Source of the DNA: the human T2T-CHM13v2.0 reference genome, Homo sapiens
Assembly: GCF_009914755.1 (NCBI RefSeq)
Contig: NC_060937.1
Strand: one strand, 5' to 3'
DNA: 64,000 nt
The first letter of the stretch is position 1, and every line of letters begins with the position of its first letter. The notes beneath the pieces were generated by a model. That model saw only the letters and a list, made by a program, of their open reading frames with translations, had not been told where the DNA came from and made no database searches. The position numbers and the translations under genes are program-made. Below, one piece after another: positions 31,318 through 44,429 of the stretch.

Positions 31318-32079
31318 CCATCATATACATCCTTTTCCTGGGGCTATCTATCCAGAATTAGTAGTGAGCCATACCTGAGTTCACACATTGTCCTTAATAC
31401 CTTTGCATTTGGTATCAACTCTGTCTAGAGTTGGCTCTTTGCTTGGCCTTACTGATTCCTTCTCATATTTGAGGTGTGAACTGCAAATGTTCTCCTTGAG
31501 AAGACTTCTTCAATCAGTTTTCCTCTCTTCTGACTTTCTGCTGAAGATACTTCTCCCGGCTCTTGTAGAACCTTCTAGAATAGTGTATATTTGAACTGTA
31601 ATAGTCTGTTTGCTTCTCTTGATCTTCTCCACTGAATCACAAGTTCCTTGGTGGCTGAGACTCTTTATTTTTTGAACATCTCCATTAAGTGCAAATAAAA
31701 TGCTCCCTGGACACTTGTCCACATTGAAATGAGTAAGAAAATATCAAACAGAAACCAGTGAGAACATTTTAGGGGCATGGGCCTGTTGGGTGAGTTAATA
31801 CATCCTAGGTAGATTTTGACTGAGTCATCTAATCATGCATTAATGTCAATGAATGACATTGCCTAAAATGACTTGGTTTCCCTTGCAGAGCAAGGTTTTG
31901 CTCTATTAATATCTGCCAGGGTCAATCATTTGGGTTAGTACAGATTGACCTTATTTTAAGTTTTGTAGAGAGACAGAGTTCTGGTTTTCGGATTCTCATA
32001 GGCAAACCTCTGCACAGATATATCTTTGACCATGGCATTTCTATGTTTTCATTTATACAGCACCTGATAAATTTCCTTA

Positions 32080-32830
32080 GCATTCAGCATAAAACTCCAG
32101 ATGTTTTCCTTCAAATTTACTTTTTCTCCAGACTACCCTGTCTGTAATAACATCCTCCTTTTCCTTCCCAGAAGCTTGAAACCTTGAAATAATCTCTGAC
32201 ATTTTAATCTCCTTCTCTTCTTACTTTCCGAAGGTCAATGATCAACTCCCCTGGGTCCTATCCCTGAGACATGTCCCACACTGCTCTTTTCTTTCCCTTC
32301 TCTTTGCCGCTTTCTCAGTTGAAGCCTTAATTATATCTGCCACTTATTTGAGAACTTTATAACTCATCTCCTTGCCTCCTTTCTCCTCTCCAACGCACTA
32401 TTCATGCATGACAGAAATCTTCACAAAGTACACAGAAGCTCTGCATTTGCTTCTTTTCCCCAGAGAGCTGAGCCCAACCCAAGGCCGTAACACACTTTGG
32501 TGAACTGATTAAACTGCCTTCAGTGGCTCCTTGTGGTCTATGCAATCACGCCAGAATTTCCTAGCAAGATATTCATGACCCTACAGAGTGAAGTCCTAGC
32601 CTCTTCTTCCAGCTTCTCTGTAACTTTCTCCAGCATTCCCCCAACTCACCAGCTTCTCCCCAACTGTACCATTTCCAGCCCTGCAGTGCCCTTCTCCAGC
32701 TGTCTCTACTTGTCAAAATGACAACTACCCTTTGAGGTTCTACTTAAATGTCACCTCTTCTATGCTTCTACTTGATTAGATGTATCTTCCCTCTCTCTGA
32801 TACGCTGGTGGAATTTAATTTACCATCTAC
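32080..32830 (+). mobile_element. L2 fragment(s)
   Basis: Pyrimidine-rich, aaaccttgaaataatctctgac, cttcagtggctcc, cttaaatgtcacctc. Confidence 0.55.
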
Positions 32831-32856
32831 TTCTCCCCTAGATCTCACTACATTTT

Positions 32857-33170
<314 letters not shown>

Positions 33171-34827
33171 AATCCCACTACATTTTTTTCTTGACTCATG
33201 AGTATTGCTTTTGACTACCTGCCTGGGTTTGCCTTTCCATGCTGTGGGGTTCTCCTTAATGGCAGCAAGAAACATTGTACTTAGCTTGGCTTCAACCAGG
33301 GCATCTTACGACTTGTCTCTCTTTTTATTAATAAAGCTTCATTATCTTTATTAATAAAGATTATGGGTATTGAGCGTTAGTGGACCTAACATGGGGATCA
33401 CAACGTTGAGTAAAACACAACAGTCCTTTCTACAAAGAATGACCCAGACTGGGAACTAAGGCAACCTTAGGAAGTGTTCTTGGATTTGTAAAAATAAAAA
33501 CCCTCTGCGACTCCAGGCAAGTCATTTAACTTCTGGTGCCTTAGATGACTCATCTGTCAAATATCCTTTCTTCAAGGGCTTTCCTAAGAAAAAATAAAAT
33601 TTTAAAAACACCTAAATCTGTTAAGATCTTTAAATTTTATAGGAAAAGCCATTGCATAAATAACCCACATGGATTTGGGCTTAGAATGTTTGAACCAGCA
33701 AAAACCCCAGTGCCTGATGGTTGAGGAGAATGTTTGATAATGAAGGCAAGTCTTTCAGGTAGCATCACTCTGGGAGTTATTTTCTTCCTGCCAAAAGCCT
33801 GGGTGGCTTATATAACTCCACCTCACCACAGCACAGAGATAAAAGCCAATCTTAGGCAACTGCAGCAGGTAATTTTGCAGAGTATGCTTTGCAAGAGAGT
33901 GTTGTACATTTCTTTTAGGAGCAAATTAGGAACAGTAATACCCAAGCAATAAATAAAGACAATAACTGAATTTGGAGCAATAGCTATTCAATTTTTGTAA
34001 TAATATGAAAACAAGGTACACATGGATCTGAAAGCATGATAGGTCCCAGACAAGGATGAACAAACTGGGGGAGGGTCTATATGCTACATCAGACTGCAGG
34101 GTTTGATTTTTTTTAAATTCCTTATTGGAAAACATAGACTTATCCTATACCTTATTTACTGTTTGTTCAAATAAGTGCAGTGCATTTTAGTTCCCCTCAT
34201 AAGCTTTGGTTCAGTCATTTCCAGATAACTCCCTTCGTTGTTTGTAAAGTCTGGCTTAAAATAAATTTCCTTCAGGTGCTGAAGGGAACAGATCTTATAC
34301 ACCAACAAGTGCAGTTCAAAGAGGGAGGGATGAAGAAGAGGAATAATTAAAACTCACTGAACATTGGCAATTATTCAACTATTTTACTCTCATTTTATAT
34401 AAGGGAAATGGGGGCTCAGAGATATTTAGTTACTTTCCTAAGTAAGCCATTGACTGGGAATTTAATCCTGATTAGTTTAATTCAAGAGCTCATGGTCTTT
34501 ATATGCCATCCCCCTTCCTCCCAAGGTTCTGGGGTCCAAGGTAAGTGGACAATAAGTGGTGTCTAATTAAGGCCTGTGCATATCTTGCTGTAACACATTC
34601 AGCAGCCAGGTAACTTCAGATCCAGGCACCCTCCCCTTCCCCACCCCAGCAAGGCCAGGATTGTGTGTCTATTGGATGAGAGCCAGGAGAAACTGATCAG
34701 TGTCTGGTGGGGAAGTGGGGGCAATGTGGGAGTAGGCAGCCTGCATGGGCCAATGTGCCTGGAGTGACACAATTGTCACTGGGGACACCTTCAATCTTCC
34801 TAACGCTGTCCCCATCAGCTTCATGTC

Positions 34828-35209
34828 TGATGTGGTTTGGCTCTATGTCCCCACCCAAATCTGATGTTGAATTGTAATCCCCACATATCAGAGGAGGGAC
34901 CTGGTGGCAGGTGATTGGATCGTGGGGGCAGATTTCTCCCTTGCTGTTCTCATGATAGTGAGTGTGTTCTCATGAGATCTGATGGTTTAAAAGTGTGTGG
35001 CACTTTTCCCTTCTTTCTCTCTCTACTGCTCTGCCATGGTAAGACATGCTTGCTTCCCCTTTGCCTTCTGCCATGATTCTAAGTTTCCTGAGGCCTCTCA
35101 GCCATGCTTCCTGTTAAGCGTGCAGAACTGAGTCAATTAAACCTCTCTTCTTCATGAATTACTGAGTCTCAGGTAGTTCTTTATAGCAGCATGAGAACGA
35201 ACTAATACA
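34828..35209 (+). mobile_element. MaLR solo LTR (MSTA/THE1 group)
   Basis: tgatgtggtttggctctatgtccccacccaaatct ... ctttatagcagcatgagaacgaactaataca. Confidence 0.92.
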
Positions 35210-35344
35210 GTGGCTTCATGGGGGATGGAAGCCTGTTCTCCGCATGCTCACCATGGGAATATCTAAGTCTGATGCCTTGGAGCCCTCTGTCTTTAAGTGC
35301 TATTTAGATTGCTTGGATATTAGTAGTTCCAATGACATCATGAA

Positions 35345-35935
35345 AACTCATTCAACAAATATTAGCTCTATGCCTAGTAAGTGTTAGGCACTAGGGATTC
35401 AAAATGAATAAGAACTAGTCTCTGGCCTCAAATAATTCCCTGTCTGGTGGGGGACAATGAATTAACCGTGGCAATAAAGCCATGTGAAGGAGTGCAAGGA
35501 GAGTACAGAGGCTGGTGTAGGTAACTGTGCCCAGGAAGGCTCCAGAGAGGTGAATTTGAGCTGCGTTGTGAAAGTTGAGCTTCCCAGGTGAGGAAGGGCA
35601 GGAGGGGTATTCAGACAGAAAGCCCAGGGCATGTAGGGCGAATGCTAGTGGTGCAGGATGCTTCAGGAAATCTGGTAGCTGGATTATTTTTAAGGGCTTT
35701 ATTTGACTTATCCTGTAGACAGTGGGAGACTCTGACGGTTTTTGAGCAGCATAGAGATGCTATCAGATCTACATTTTAAAAATTGCTCATAAAATAGCGT
35801 GAAGACACAGTGAAGGAAAAACCAAGGGAAATGTGTTAGAAATATTGTCACAGCACAAAAAGGGATGGTGGTGAACTCAGCTTGGGTTGTGGGAATGGGA
35901 AAGGAGAGGCAGGGATAGATTTGAGGGAAGTATTG
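35345..35935 (-). mobile_element. L2 3' region
   Basis: cattcaacaaatatt, tgttaggcactaggga, ggtttttgagcag. Confidence 0.65.
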
Positions 35936-36029
35936 GCCATGTGCTTCTCAGAATATTGTGCACACATTACTCTGCTGTTTCACTTAGCAAGAATAGCAAC
36001 TTCTAGGGCTCTCCATGTTCATTGGAAAA

Positions 36030-36210
36030 ACAGCTTGTCTGTGAAAATATCAGTGAGTCTTGGCTGGGTTACCTTGGGGGAAAAAGACAATTTCTCTGGG
36101 CCTTATCTATAAAATGGGCAACAGACCACATATCCAATAGATGTTATGAAGGTTAAATACAACAAATACAGCATACTGCACATAGAGCATTCTCAACAAA
36201 TGTTTGTTAT
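36030..36210 (+). mobile_element. MIR
   Basis: gctgggttaccttggg ... ccttatctataaaatggg ... catagagcattctcaacaaatgtt. Confidence 0.65.
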
Positions 36211-37429
36211 TTTTACCTTCTCATAATTTTCCTCACCTCAAAATAAAGTTAATATCAATATACTGCCTTGCTCTGATGAGATAATTGGGTTAATATTAAA
36301 ATTTAAGATATAGCCATGTTTCCAGCAAATATTTTATTCTTTGAGACGTAGATATGGATATGTATGTATTTATTTCACTCTATGTCAAGATGAAAATAAA
36401 TACTATCCTTCAGAAGAAAGCTCGGGTAAGTGAAGTATGTTTATAAAGATTTATATATGGAGCTAAATTAATTCTTGAGAACTGAGGTATTTGTAGTCAT
36501 TATTTTACTTCATTCTGAGAACAAGTACAAATGAGCATGTCAAAAATGATGACAGTTATTATGCTTTTAAAATTTGATTTCTTACATATTCTAATTATAT
36601 TCTTTTAATTAGTAACCACTCTTTGTTCTTTCTCTTCCGCAAAGTGAGATTGAACTCAGTTCCTAATGCAAAGCAGTTTGTAATTTTTATGTAAGATGAC
36701 ATGTTATTAAGTAAAAAGAATGACAATTGTTTTTCCACTAAAGACTTAGTGATGACAAAAGAGAATTAAGCAAATCACTGAGGGAATACCTAATTTATTA
36801 AGTGTCTTGAGAAAGTCACTGTGTCATCACTATCAGATTCAAATTAAGAGGATGCCTAAGCTGCCTACATTTTGACTTTAGAAATATATCCAAGATTTTG
36901 ACCAGGCAAAGAACAAAGATGGCACAATTCAAGAGGTTTTAAAAATAGTTGTGAAGCATATTCTTATTAGGAATATGCTTGAGAGCTGTTCAGTTATCGT
37001 AATGCTAGACAGCTGCATCTCACTGCCCTGTGGGCCCCGGACTGGCTTCACTACACGCTGCATGCACGGGATTTCACAGAACACTGACAGTCACTTGCAT
37101 CACCAGTATTCTCTTGACCACAATACCTTGTCACCAGTTTCCCTGCTGCTAGATTTTATTTTACTGTACTTCAGTATAATACCAGCATCGTATACCAGGT
37201 TGGTCAAATATTTACAGAGAAAAAGTTGGGAGGGGGTAGTAACGGAGTCTGGAGTAGTTACAGGTATCGAGTCTCCACGGTTCCATTTTATAGGCTATGC
37301 ACGGCTCTGCTTGTACACTAGAATGATCCAGACATTTTTATTTTGGAGATATATGCTGAAGTATTTAAGGTAGAGTATCTTGGTGTTTGCAATTTGTCTA
37401 CAAGTGGTTCAGCTAAAAAATAATGGAGA

Positions 37430-37824
<395 letters not shown>

Positions 37825-37874
37825 TTACATTGGAAAAATTTTAATATAAAAAGTCAGGAAAACCTCCCCAAAAC

Positions 37875-37990
37875 TTTTTCTTTTCTTTTCTTTTCCTTTC
37901 CTTTCCTTCCCTTCCTTCCTTCCTTCTTTCTCTTTCCTTCCTTCCTTCCTTCCTTCCTTCCTTCCTTCCTTCCTTCCTTCCTTCCTTCCT

Positions 37991-38054
<64 letters not shown>

Positions 38055-38055
38055 T
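37875..38055. repeat. Compound (TTCC)n/(TTTC)n microsatellite forming an expanded Alu tail
   Basis: ~180 bp of pure pyrimidines abutting an antisense Alu. Confidence 0.97.
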
Positions 38056-38339
38056 GACAGAGTCTTACTCTGTCACACAGGCTGGATTGCAATGGCGTGA
38101 GCACAGCTCACTGCAGCCTCCAACTCCTAGGCTGAAGCGACACTCCTGCCTTAGCCTCCTTCTGAGTGGCTGGGACTACAGGCATATGCCACCACTCTTG
38201 GCTAATTCTTTTATTTTTTGCAAAGATGGGAATCTCACTATATTGCCCAGGCTGGTCTCAAATTCCTGACCTCAAGCAAGTCTCCTGCCTTGGCCTCCGA
38301 AAGTGCTGGGATTACAGGTGTGAGCCACTGCACATAGCC
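38056..38339 (-). mobile_element. AluJ-type
   Basis: cacagctcactgcagcctcc, tctcactatattgcccaggctgg. Confidence 0.94.
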
Positions 38340-38489
38340 CAAAAACTTCTTAAAAGGTACAATGATAAAGAACTTTTAAAAAAGATTTACCAATAGTTGA
38401 AGGACAATAGAATTTGTGACTGCAATAAAGGTCCATAAATACAGCAAAGGTGACCTTGCTTAAAAAATTTTAAGAAACGAAACTTTCTT

Positions 38490-39165
38490 TTTATTCTGTT
38501 AACTATGGTTCCTACTGCCTTTTCCAGAATGAATATACTTAGAATCATACAGTCTGTAGCCTTCTCAGACTGACTTTTCTCATTTAGCTATATGCATTTA
38601 AGTTTCCTCCATGTCTTTGTATGGCTTGATAGCTCATTTCTTTTTATCATGAAATAACATTCAATTGTATGGATGTACTGCAATTTGTTTATTCATTCAC
38701 CTTGTGAGGGACATCTTTGATTCTTCCAGGGTCTCGTGATTATGAATAAACATTCGGGTACAAGTTTTTGTGTGGGCATGTTTTCAGCACAATTGGGTAA
38801 ATACCTAGGAGTGTGATGGCTGGACTGAATTGTGAGACTATGCTTAGCTTTGTGAGAAACTGCCAGACTGTCTTCCAAAGTGGTCGTACCATTTTGCATT
38901 CCCATCGGCAATGGATGGGCATTCCTGTTGTTTTGTATCCTTGCCAGTATTTGGTATCCTTAGGTTTTTTGTTGTTGTTGCCGTTAGCTTTTTTATTTTA
39001 GCCATCCTAGTAGGTATGTCATAGTATTTCATTTTTGTTTTAATTTGCAATTCCTTAATGACACATGATATTGAGCATGTTTATTTGCCATCTGTGTATT
39101 GTCAACTCCACTTTAGGGAGGTGTCTGTTTAGATCTTTTGCTCACTTGAAAATTGGATTGTTTTT
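38490..39165 (-). mobile_element. L1MB/MC fragment
   Basis: gaaactgccagactgtcttccaaagtgg, ttaatttgcaattccttaatgac. Confidence 0.85.
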
Positions 39166-39269
39166 TAATTGACACCTGAGTGGCCTTTTTAAAAAAGTGG
39201 GTCTTATGAATAAATAGAGTGAGGGCTCAATCATGAATTCATTTATTCAGCAACTACATCAGGTACTGC

Positions 39270-39765
39270 CACTCTCATACCCAAGGTCTGCATTCCTCTT
39301 TTCCATTACTAACAAAACTCTAATATTCCTCCAGCCAATGCCCCAACTTTAAATACTTAGCATTTCAGACTCCTTTGCAGCTAAAGGTGGTCATGTGACA
39401 TGTGGCTGGCCAATAAAACGCAAGCAGAAGGTGCTGGGTAAAGCTTCCCAGGAAGATGCAGACCCAACCGGGCATGCACCTCTTTGATCTTTTGCCCTTT
39501 ACCCATCCCCCTACCATTTTCCTGAATGTGATGCAATGCTTACAAGGGAAGCAGGCATCCTGTGAGGATGAAGACAGAGATCACATGACAAGGATAGCAG
39601 AGACAATGGCTAGAAAGAGCCTGAGACACAACGACACCATAGAAGAGATATTACAGAAGCCCTGTGGCTGTCTCCAGGTTTCTGGTTTTGTGATAAGAAG
39701 CACTCCTATTTAGTAGGCACTTTTAGTCAAGATTCTGTTACAGGTCACCAATTCACTCCCTGATG
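39270..39765 (+). mobile_element. Old ERVL-type LTR (LTR33/LTR16-like)
   Basis: tcctttgcagctaaaggtggtcatgtgac...tggccaat...aagcagaag motif. Confidence 0.55.
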
Positions 39766-41380
39766 CAGCAACATTTTATTAAGGATGAGGCACTTATTAG
39801 CGGTGGGCTCTAATCCTCTAACAAGACTGCTCTAAGCAGTTTTTATTTAAAGGACTGGTTCACACAAGACCATATTTGAAATAATTTATTTGTACCATGA
39901 ACCACAACACTAGGAATAGAATCATATTTACCACATGCTCAGCACTGTACTAGGCATTATAAAAGGAGGAAAGAGGACTGTAAAATAAGGGCCTTATCCT
40001 CATGGAACTGATGATCTAATTAGAGAGGTAAGACTGACCTATATGAAACAAACCTGAACACTTCGGGATGATGTGTTTAAGGGCTAACAGTGAGTGCAAA
40101 CTAAGTGTAGCAGCGGTTTATAAGGCTGGGGTCACCGAAGAGGGAAGCAGCCAGGGAAATATGATTAGCAACCTTGAAAACACTCTGGGTATCTATACTT
40201 TCATATTTTTGAGTTCTAAATTAATGACCTAAATATAGACATGGAAGCCATTCCCCTGGGTAAGTGAAGATGAAATGAAGGAAAGTCATTTTAATTTGAA
40301 TGCCAATTTAGCTTTCAATTCAGCAGACATTTGTCACTCTAGTATCAATATTTAAAATACTGGGTCACTGTAATTATTCACCAAAATCCTGTTTACCTTG
40401 TTAATTACCAGCAATTTTTTAAAATGATGGCACTTTATGGAAACTGAATATACGTCATCTTTAAAAAGAGCTTTTAAAATCCCTCCTTTGGAAGTAATGC
40501 AGGTTAATAGATTAGACATTTTATGAAGAGGGCTGCATGATTTTTCTACTGCATTTCTGGTGTTGCAAACTTTGGTGAAATTATTAACTGCTATTCATTT
40601 TTTCCAACTTTTAGTTGTCTCTAGCTAGATGTTGATCATTATTACACATCTGTAAAGAAAAGAGCAAACCAACTTGAATTAGTGTTTCTTGAACTATTCA
40701 TTAGAATTTAAAATTTTTTCCTAAAAGTTTTTCAATTTAGTGATCCTATTGGTAAATAAAAAGAATAAAGGCATGCAAATTAAAATAAAGGTAACATTTC
40801 TATGAGATGTTTTTAAACCCCTTTCCTTTGTGACCTAGCTTTTCTATCTTGGCTTTTCTATCTTTTCTTCTCTTCCTTTCCTTTCCTCCTCTTTTCTTTT
40901 TCTTAAGTTTGTTTATGCCTCAGTCATCTGGTCGCACGTGGCTATGTTCCACTGTGGCAGGGCTTAGCTGGCAGTTTCAGGGATATCTTAGTTTTAATAA
41001 GTATTGTGGATTTCCTCACATCTAGGGTGGAGAGAGATTGGTTATAGGGTGATAAAAACAGAAGAATCTGTGTTGAAGGAGATGGGAAGATTTTAAGAAT
41101 GCTAACGAATTTGAGCAGGGCATAAAACCAACCCATGAACAGGGCTACAGTCCTCTCAGGGTTGCCTGAAGCCTCAGCCCTGGAGGACGTCTGACACCTT
41201 ACAGGTAGAGGACCTCTGTGCAGGAGCCCTCAACACCCAGGGAGGATTAGGATATAAGCGCAAACTCAAAGGTACTGTAATGGGCACCTAGCAATCAGAG
41301 GTGATACAAGGGTCTCTTGGCCCGAAGTATCCCCACCTCTCCTCGCTGGAAAGGACGCTGCCTAAGCCTCATCCCGAGCT

Positions 41381-41590
41381 GGGGGCGGAGGACCAAGGGT
41401 GAGAGCCACCGCCTCCGCAATCCCCCGCCCCTCGGCACCGTCGCTCAGCGCGCTCGCCGGCTCCCTATTGGCCGAGGCACTCGCCAATCCTGGTGAAGCG
41501 GCCCCGTGAGTTGGCCCTGGTTGGTGGAGCCGGCACTGAGCCCCCCTCCTGCTCCGGCCGAGCCCCCCCGCCGGGAGGGGGCGTGGCCGC
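41381..41590 (+). promoter_or_regulatory. TATA-less proximal promoter with GC boxes and CCAAT boxes
   Basis: gggggcggag 41,381; ccccgcccc ~41,423; attgg 41,467; ccaat 41,484; gggggcgtgg 41,577. Confidence 0.75.
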
Positions 41591-41683
41591 GGCCGTGGAC
41601 GGGCCGGAGGCGGCGTCGCTCGCGCCGCTGCGTGCGGTGTGGTGCGAGGCGGGTGCGCCGGGCGGCCGCGGCGCGGCGGGACC

Positions 41684-41731
41684 ATGGAGCTCAGAGCGCA
41701 GCCCCGGCGCCGGCGGCGGGACCGCGGACCG
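41684..41731 (+). CDS. Putative coding part (or uORF) of exon 1 of an unidentified gene: MELRAQPRRRRRDRGP, phase-0 donor
   Basis: gggaccATGg strong Kozak; 16 codons then ccg|GTGAGT canonical donor; peptide not recognised. Confidence 0.45.
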
Positions 41732-41737
41732 GTGAGT
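41729..41737 (+). promoter_or_regulatory. 5' splice donor of the first exon
   Basis: ccg|gtgagt inside the CpG island, just downstream of promoter elements. Confidence 0.8.
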
Positions 41738-43683
41738 GAGGGCTGCGGTCGCCCCGGCTCTCCGCTGTAGGCTGCTGTGGCCCTCTCGGCTCCGGGCCGG
41801 GCGGCTGTCGGGGGAGGGGCGGCCCCACGGCGAACTGAAGTTGCTGCATCGCCGCGCGCTCCGGCCGGGCGGCGGGGCCCACTGCGGGCTGCGGCGCCGC
41901 CTCGCGCCTATCCCTGCAGCCCGGCCGCATCCTCCCGGCCGGCTCCCGCGCTGGCAGGGGCTTCTCGCCGTCACGGCGCGGCCAGGCGGCCCTTCTCTCC
42001 CGCGCCTCCGGGCCTCCGGCCCTTTGCCGTCCGGTGCGCGCTCCCTGGACTCGGGACAGCCACCCGCCCTCCCCGCCGTAAGTGGCGCCCGGGCCTCCGC
42101 TCGCGCCCCACGCACGACGCCCCGGGCCGCTCCGCGTCCGGGACCTTCGCATCCGTTCAGTGTCTGCGCGCCCTCGCTGGTTCTGGTCCAGCTCCGCGTG
42201 CCCCCCGGCCCCATTCGGCCCTCCCCGCCCTGGCCTGTGCCCTCTTGGTGCCCGCGTGCGTGTTAGTTGCGGGCGTCCTCTCCCTCGAGGCTGCGGTGCC
42301 GCGTGGCTCCCGGCCTCGGAGACCAGGCCGGACTCTTGGAGTGCAGGGGAGGAGGTGGGGCGGCCCGCGAGTGCGGGGGACCGCGCGCACGGAGCCGCGG
42401 CGCGCGGGGTATCATCCCCGGGGGTCTTTACCCGCGCGCCTGGGCTTTAGCGAGGGCAGAAGCTTCCTCTCAGTTTGTGGTGCTGACGTGCAATGGCGAT
42501 TGCTTCTTGATTTGGCCCCTCTGCAAGGGAGAGTTCCCTGGTGGAGACGAGAGTTCTTAATTATTCAGAAACTATGTGATGGGCTTAGGGATCAATGGGA
42601 GCATCATAGGAATTCTTTCTCATTTTAAGGTTAATTTTTAAATTAGCGGTTTACTTCCAGCAACAGTCTCGAGTTTTCAAAAACTGAAAATTAAAAAGAC
42701 TACTTTTCGCAGTTCTTCAAATTAAATGCATAGCAGAACATGGTATTTTAAGATTCAGAGTCTACTTTTTATAAGGGGGAGAGGATAGCTATTTGAAATA
42801 TTTTGCATCTTAAAAATTAGGTTTATCTAAAGCTTAAAATGCGACTCTATCAAAACTAAGTTCAAAGTATTGTAATTGACTAATCTTTCTATTGTCTCTA
42901 GGGCAAATTCTATTGCTTCTTTTTATATGTGCTTTACCCAACTCTCCTTTTCTAGCAGTTAAACAATGCAGTGGTTCTTTAAAGCTAGTTCTTTTATCTG
43001 CTTGAGAGGTTAAACAAACGAAAGCTGGGTTTGACCTTTCCCAAAGGCATTCTCATTGTGTCCTCTCCAGCTCCCTTCTCCCAGGGTTCTAATGACTTCA
43101 GTGTAGTACTCATTTTTCTTCATCTTGAAAGATTTTCTTAGTTGGTATTCACAAAAGCTGTGTCTTTTCACATGTTTAAATATTGGAAAGTTTGGTCAAC
43201 TATTATATTTACCTTCCAACCTGTGCTTATTCTAGAACTATGTACATATAGAAATTGTTCTTGCATTTCCAGTTGGCTGACATGAAGTTGCTTAATAGCA
43301 TTTGTTTTTAAAAAATCTGTTTGCTTTAAAATTTACAACCTAATAGTCAATGATGTGCTTCACTATCTTCAACAATTACGAAAACAAAGGTGGAACACAC
43401 TTTGCTAAGTGGTCATGCCAACATTGTAACCTCCTATCTCTTGTCAGTGTGTCTTTGTAGTCACACGTTACGGTTCCCATAGAAACCTATGTATGGCAGG
43501 TAACCTTTTGGTTATTGGGATGTTTTGATTAAAACAATTGCGTTATAATGCAAGTATTAAATGAATTGTCCCTACTCACGGGCTAGTACTAGTGATCGTC
43601 TTTGGAATTCCAAGGACTTTCTTTGAAGAGTACTCCCAGATTGTTTTTCACTTTGGGTGGCTCTCCATTGCTGTAGACCTTGA

Positions 43684-44032
<349 letters not shown>

Positions 44033-44429
44033 GAATCTCTCAACTTCTCTTCTCAGTCCGTTTTAAGGGCCCTGTTTCTTTCAAGTCAGGCTTTTTTTGG
44101 CTTTGCTCTTGGGCATGTGGAACTAAATGCTTCTGACAGCCCCACACATTCTTCTTCAGGGCTGGTTCTTTACCTGTGGCTTGACTTTATGCTGGTAATA
44201 CAGAAATATTTTATGCCAGTAATACATAAATGATGTACATTATAAAATAAACAATATCAACACAGAGATTTATAGAGGTAAAAAGTCTTAAGTTTTCTTT
44301 TTCCCGTCTTATTGTTGTCCTATTCCTATTTCTTTCTTCAGAGGTAACCATAATATAGGGTGTATCCTTCTGGATTTTTTCCATTTAATACTGTAGATGA
44401 AATATATAACCCTGTATGTTAAAAAAACC

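Larger units (their letters stand above)
41380..42460. promoter_or_regulatory. CpG island, probable promoter
   Basis: Very high GC and CpG density relative to flanks; not a repeat; contains a NotI site at 41,662. Confidence 0.97.

Noticed and set aside
41362-42628. Long ORFs of 107-283 aa on both strands of the CpG island
   Set aside because: Stop-codon scarcity in very GC-rich DNA; low-complexity R/P/G/A translations; several cross the donor site; no recognised homology
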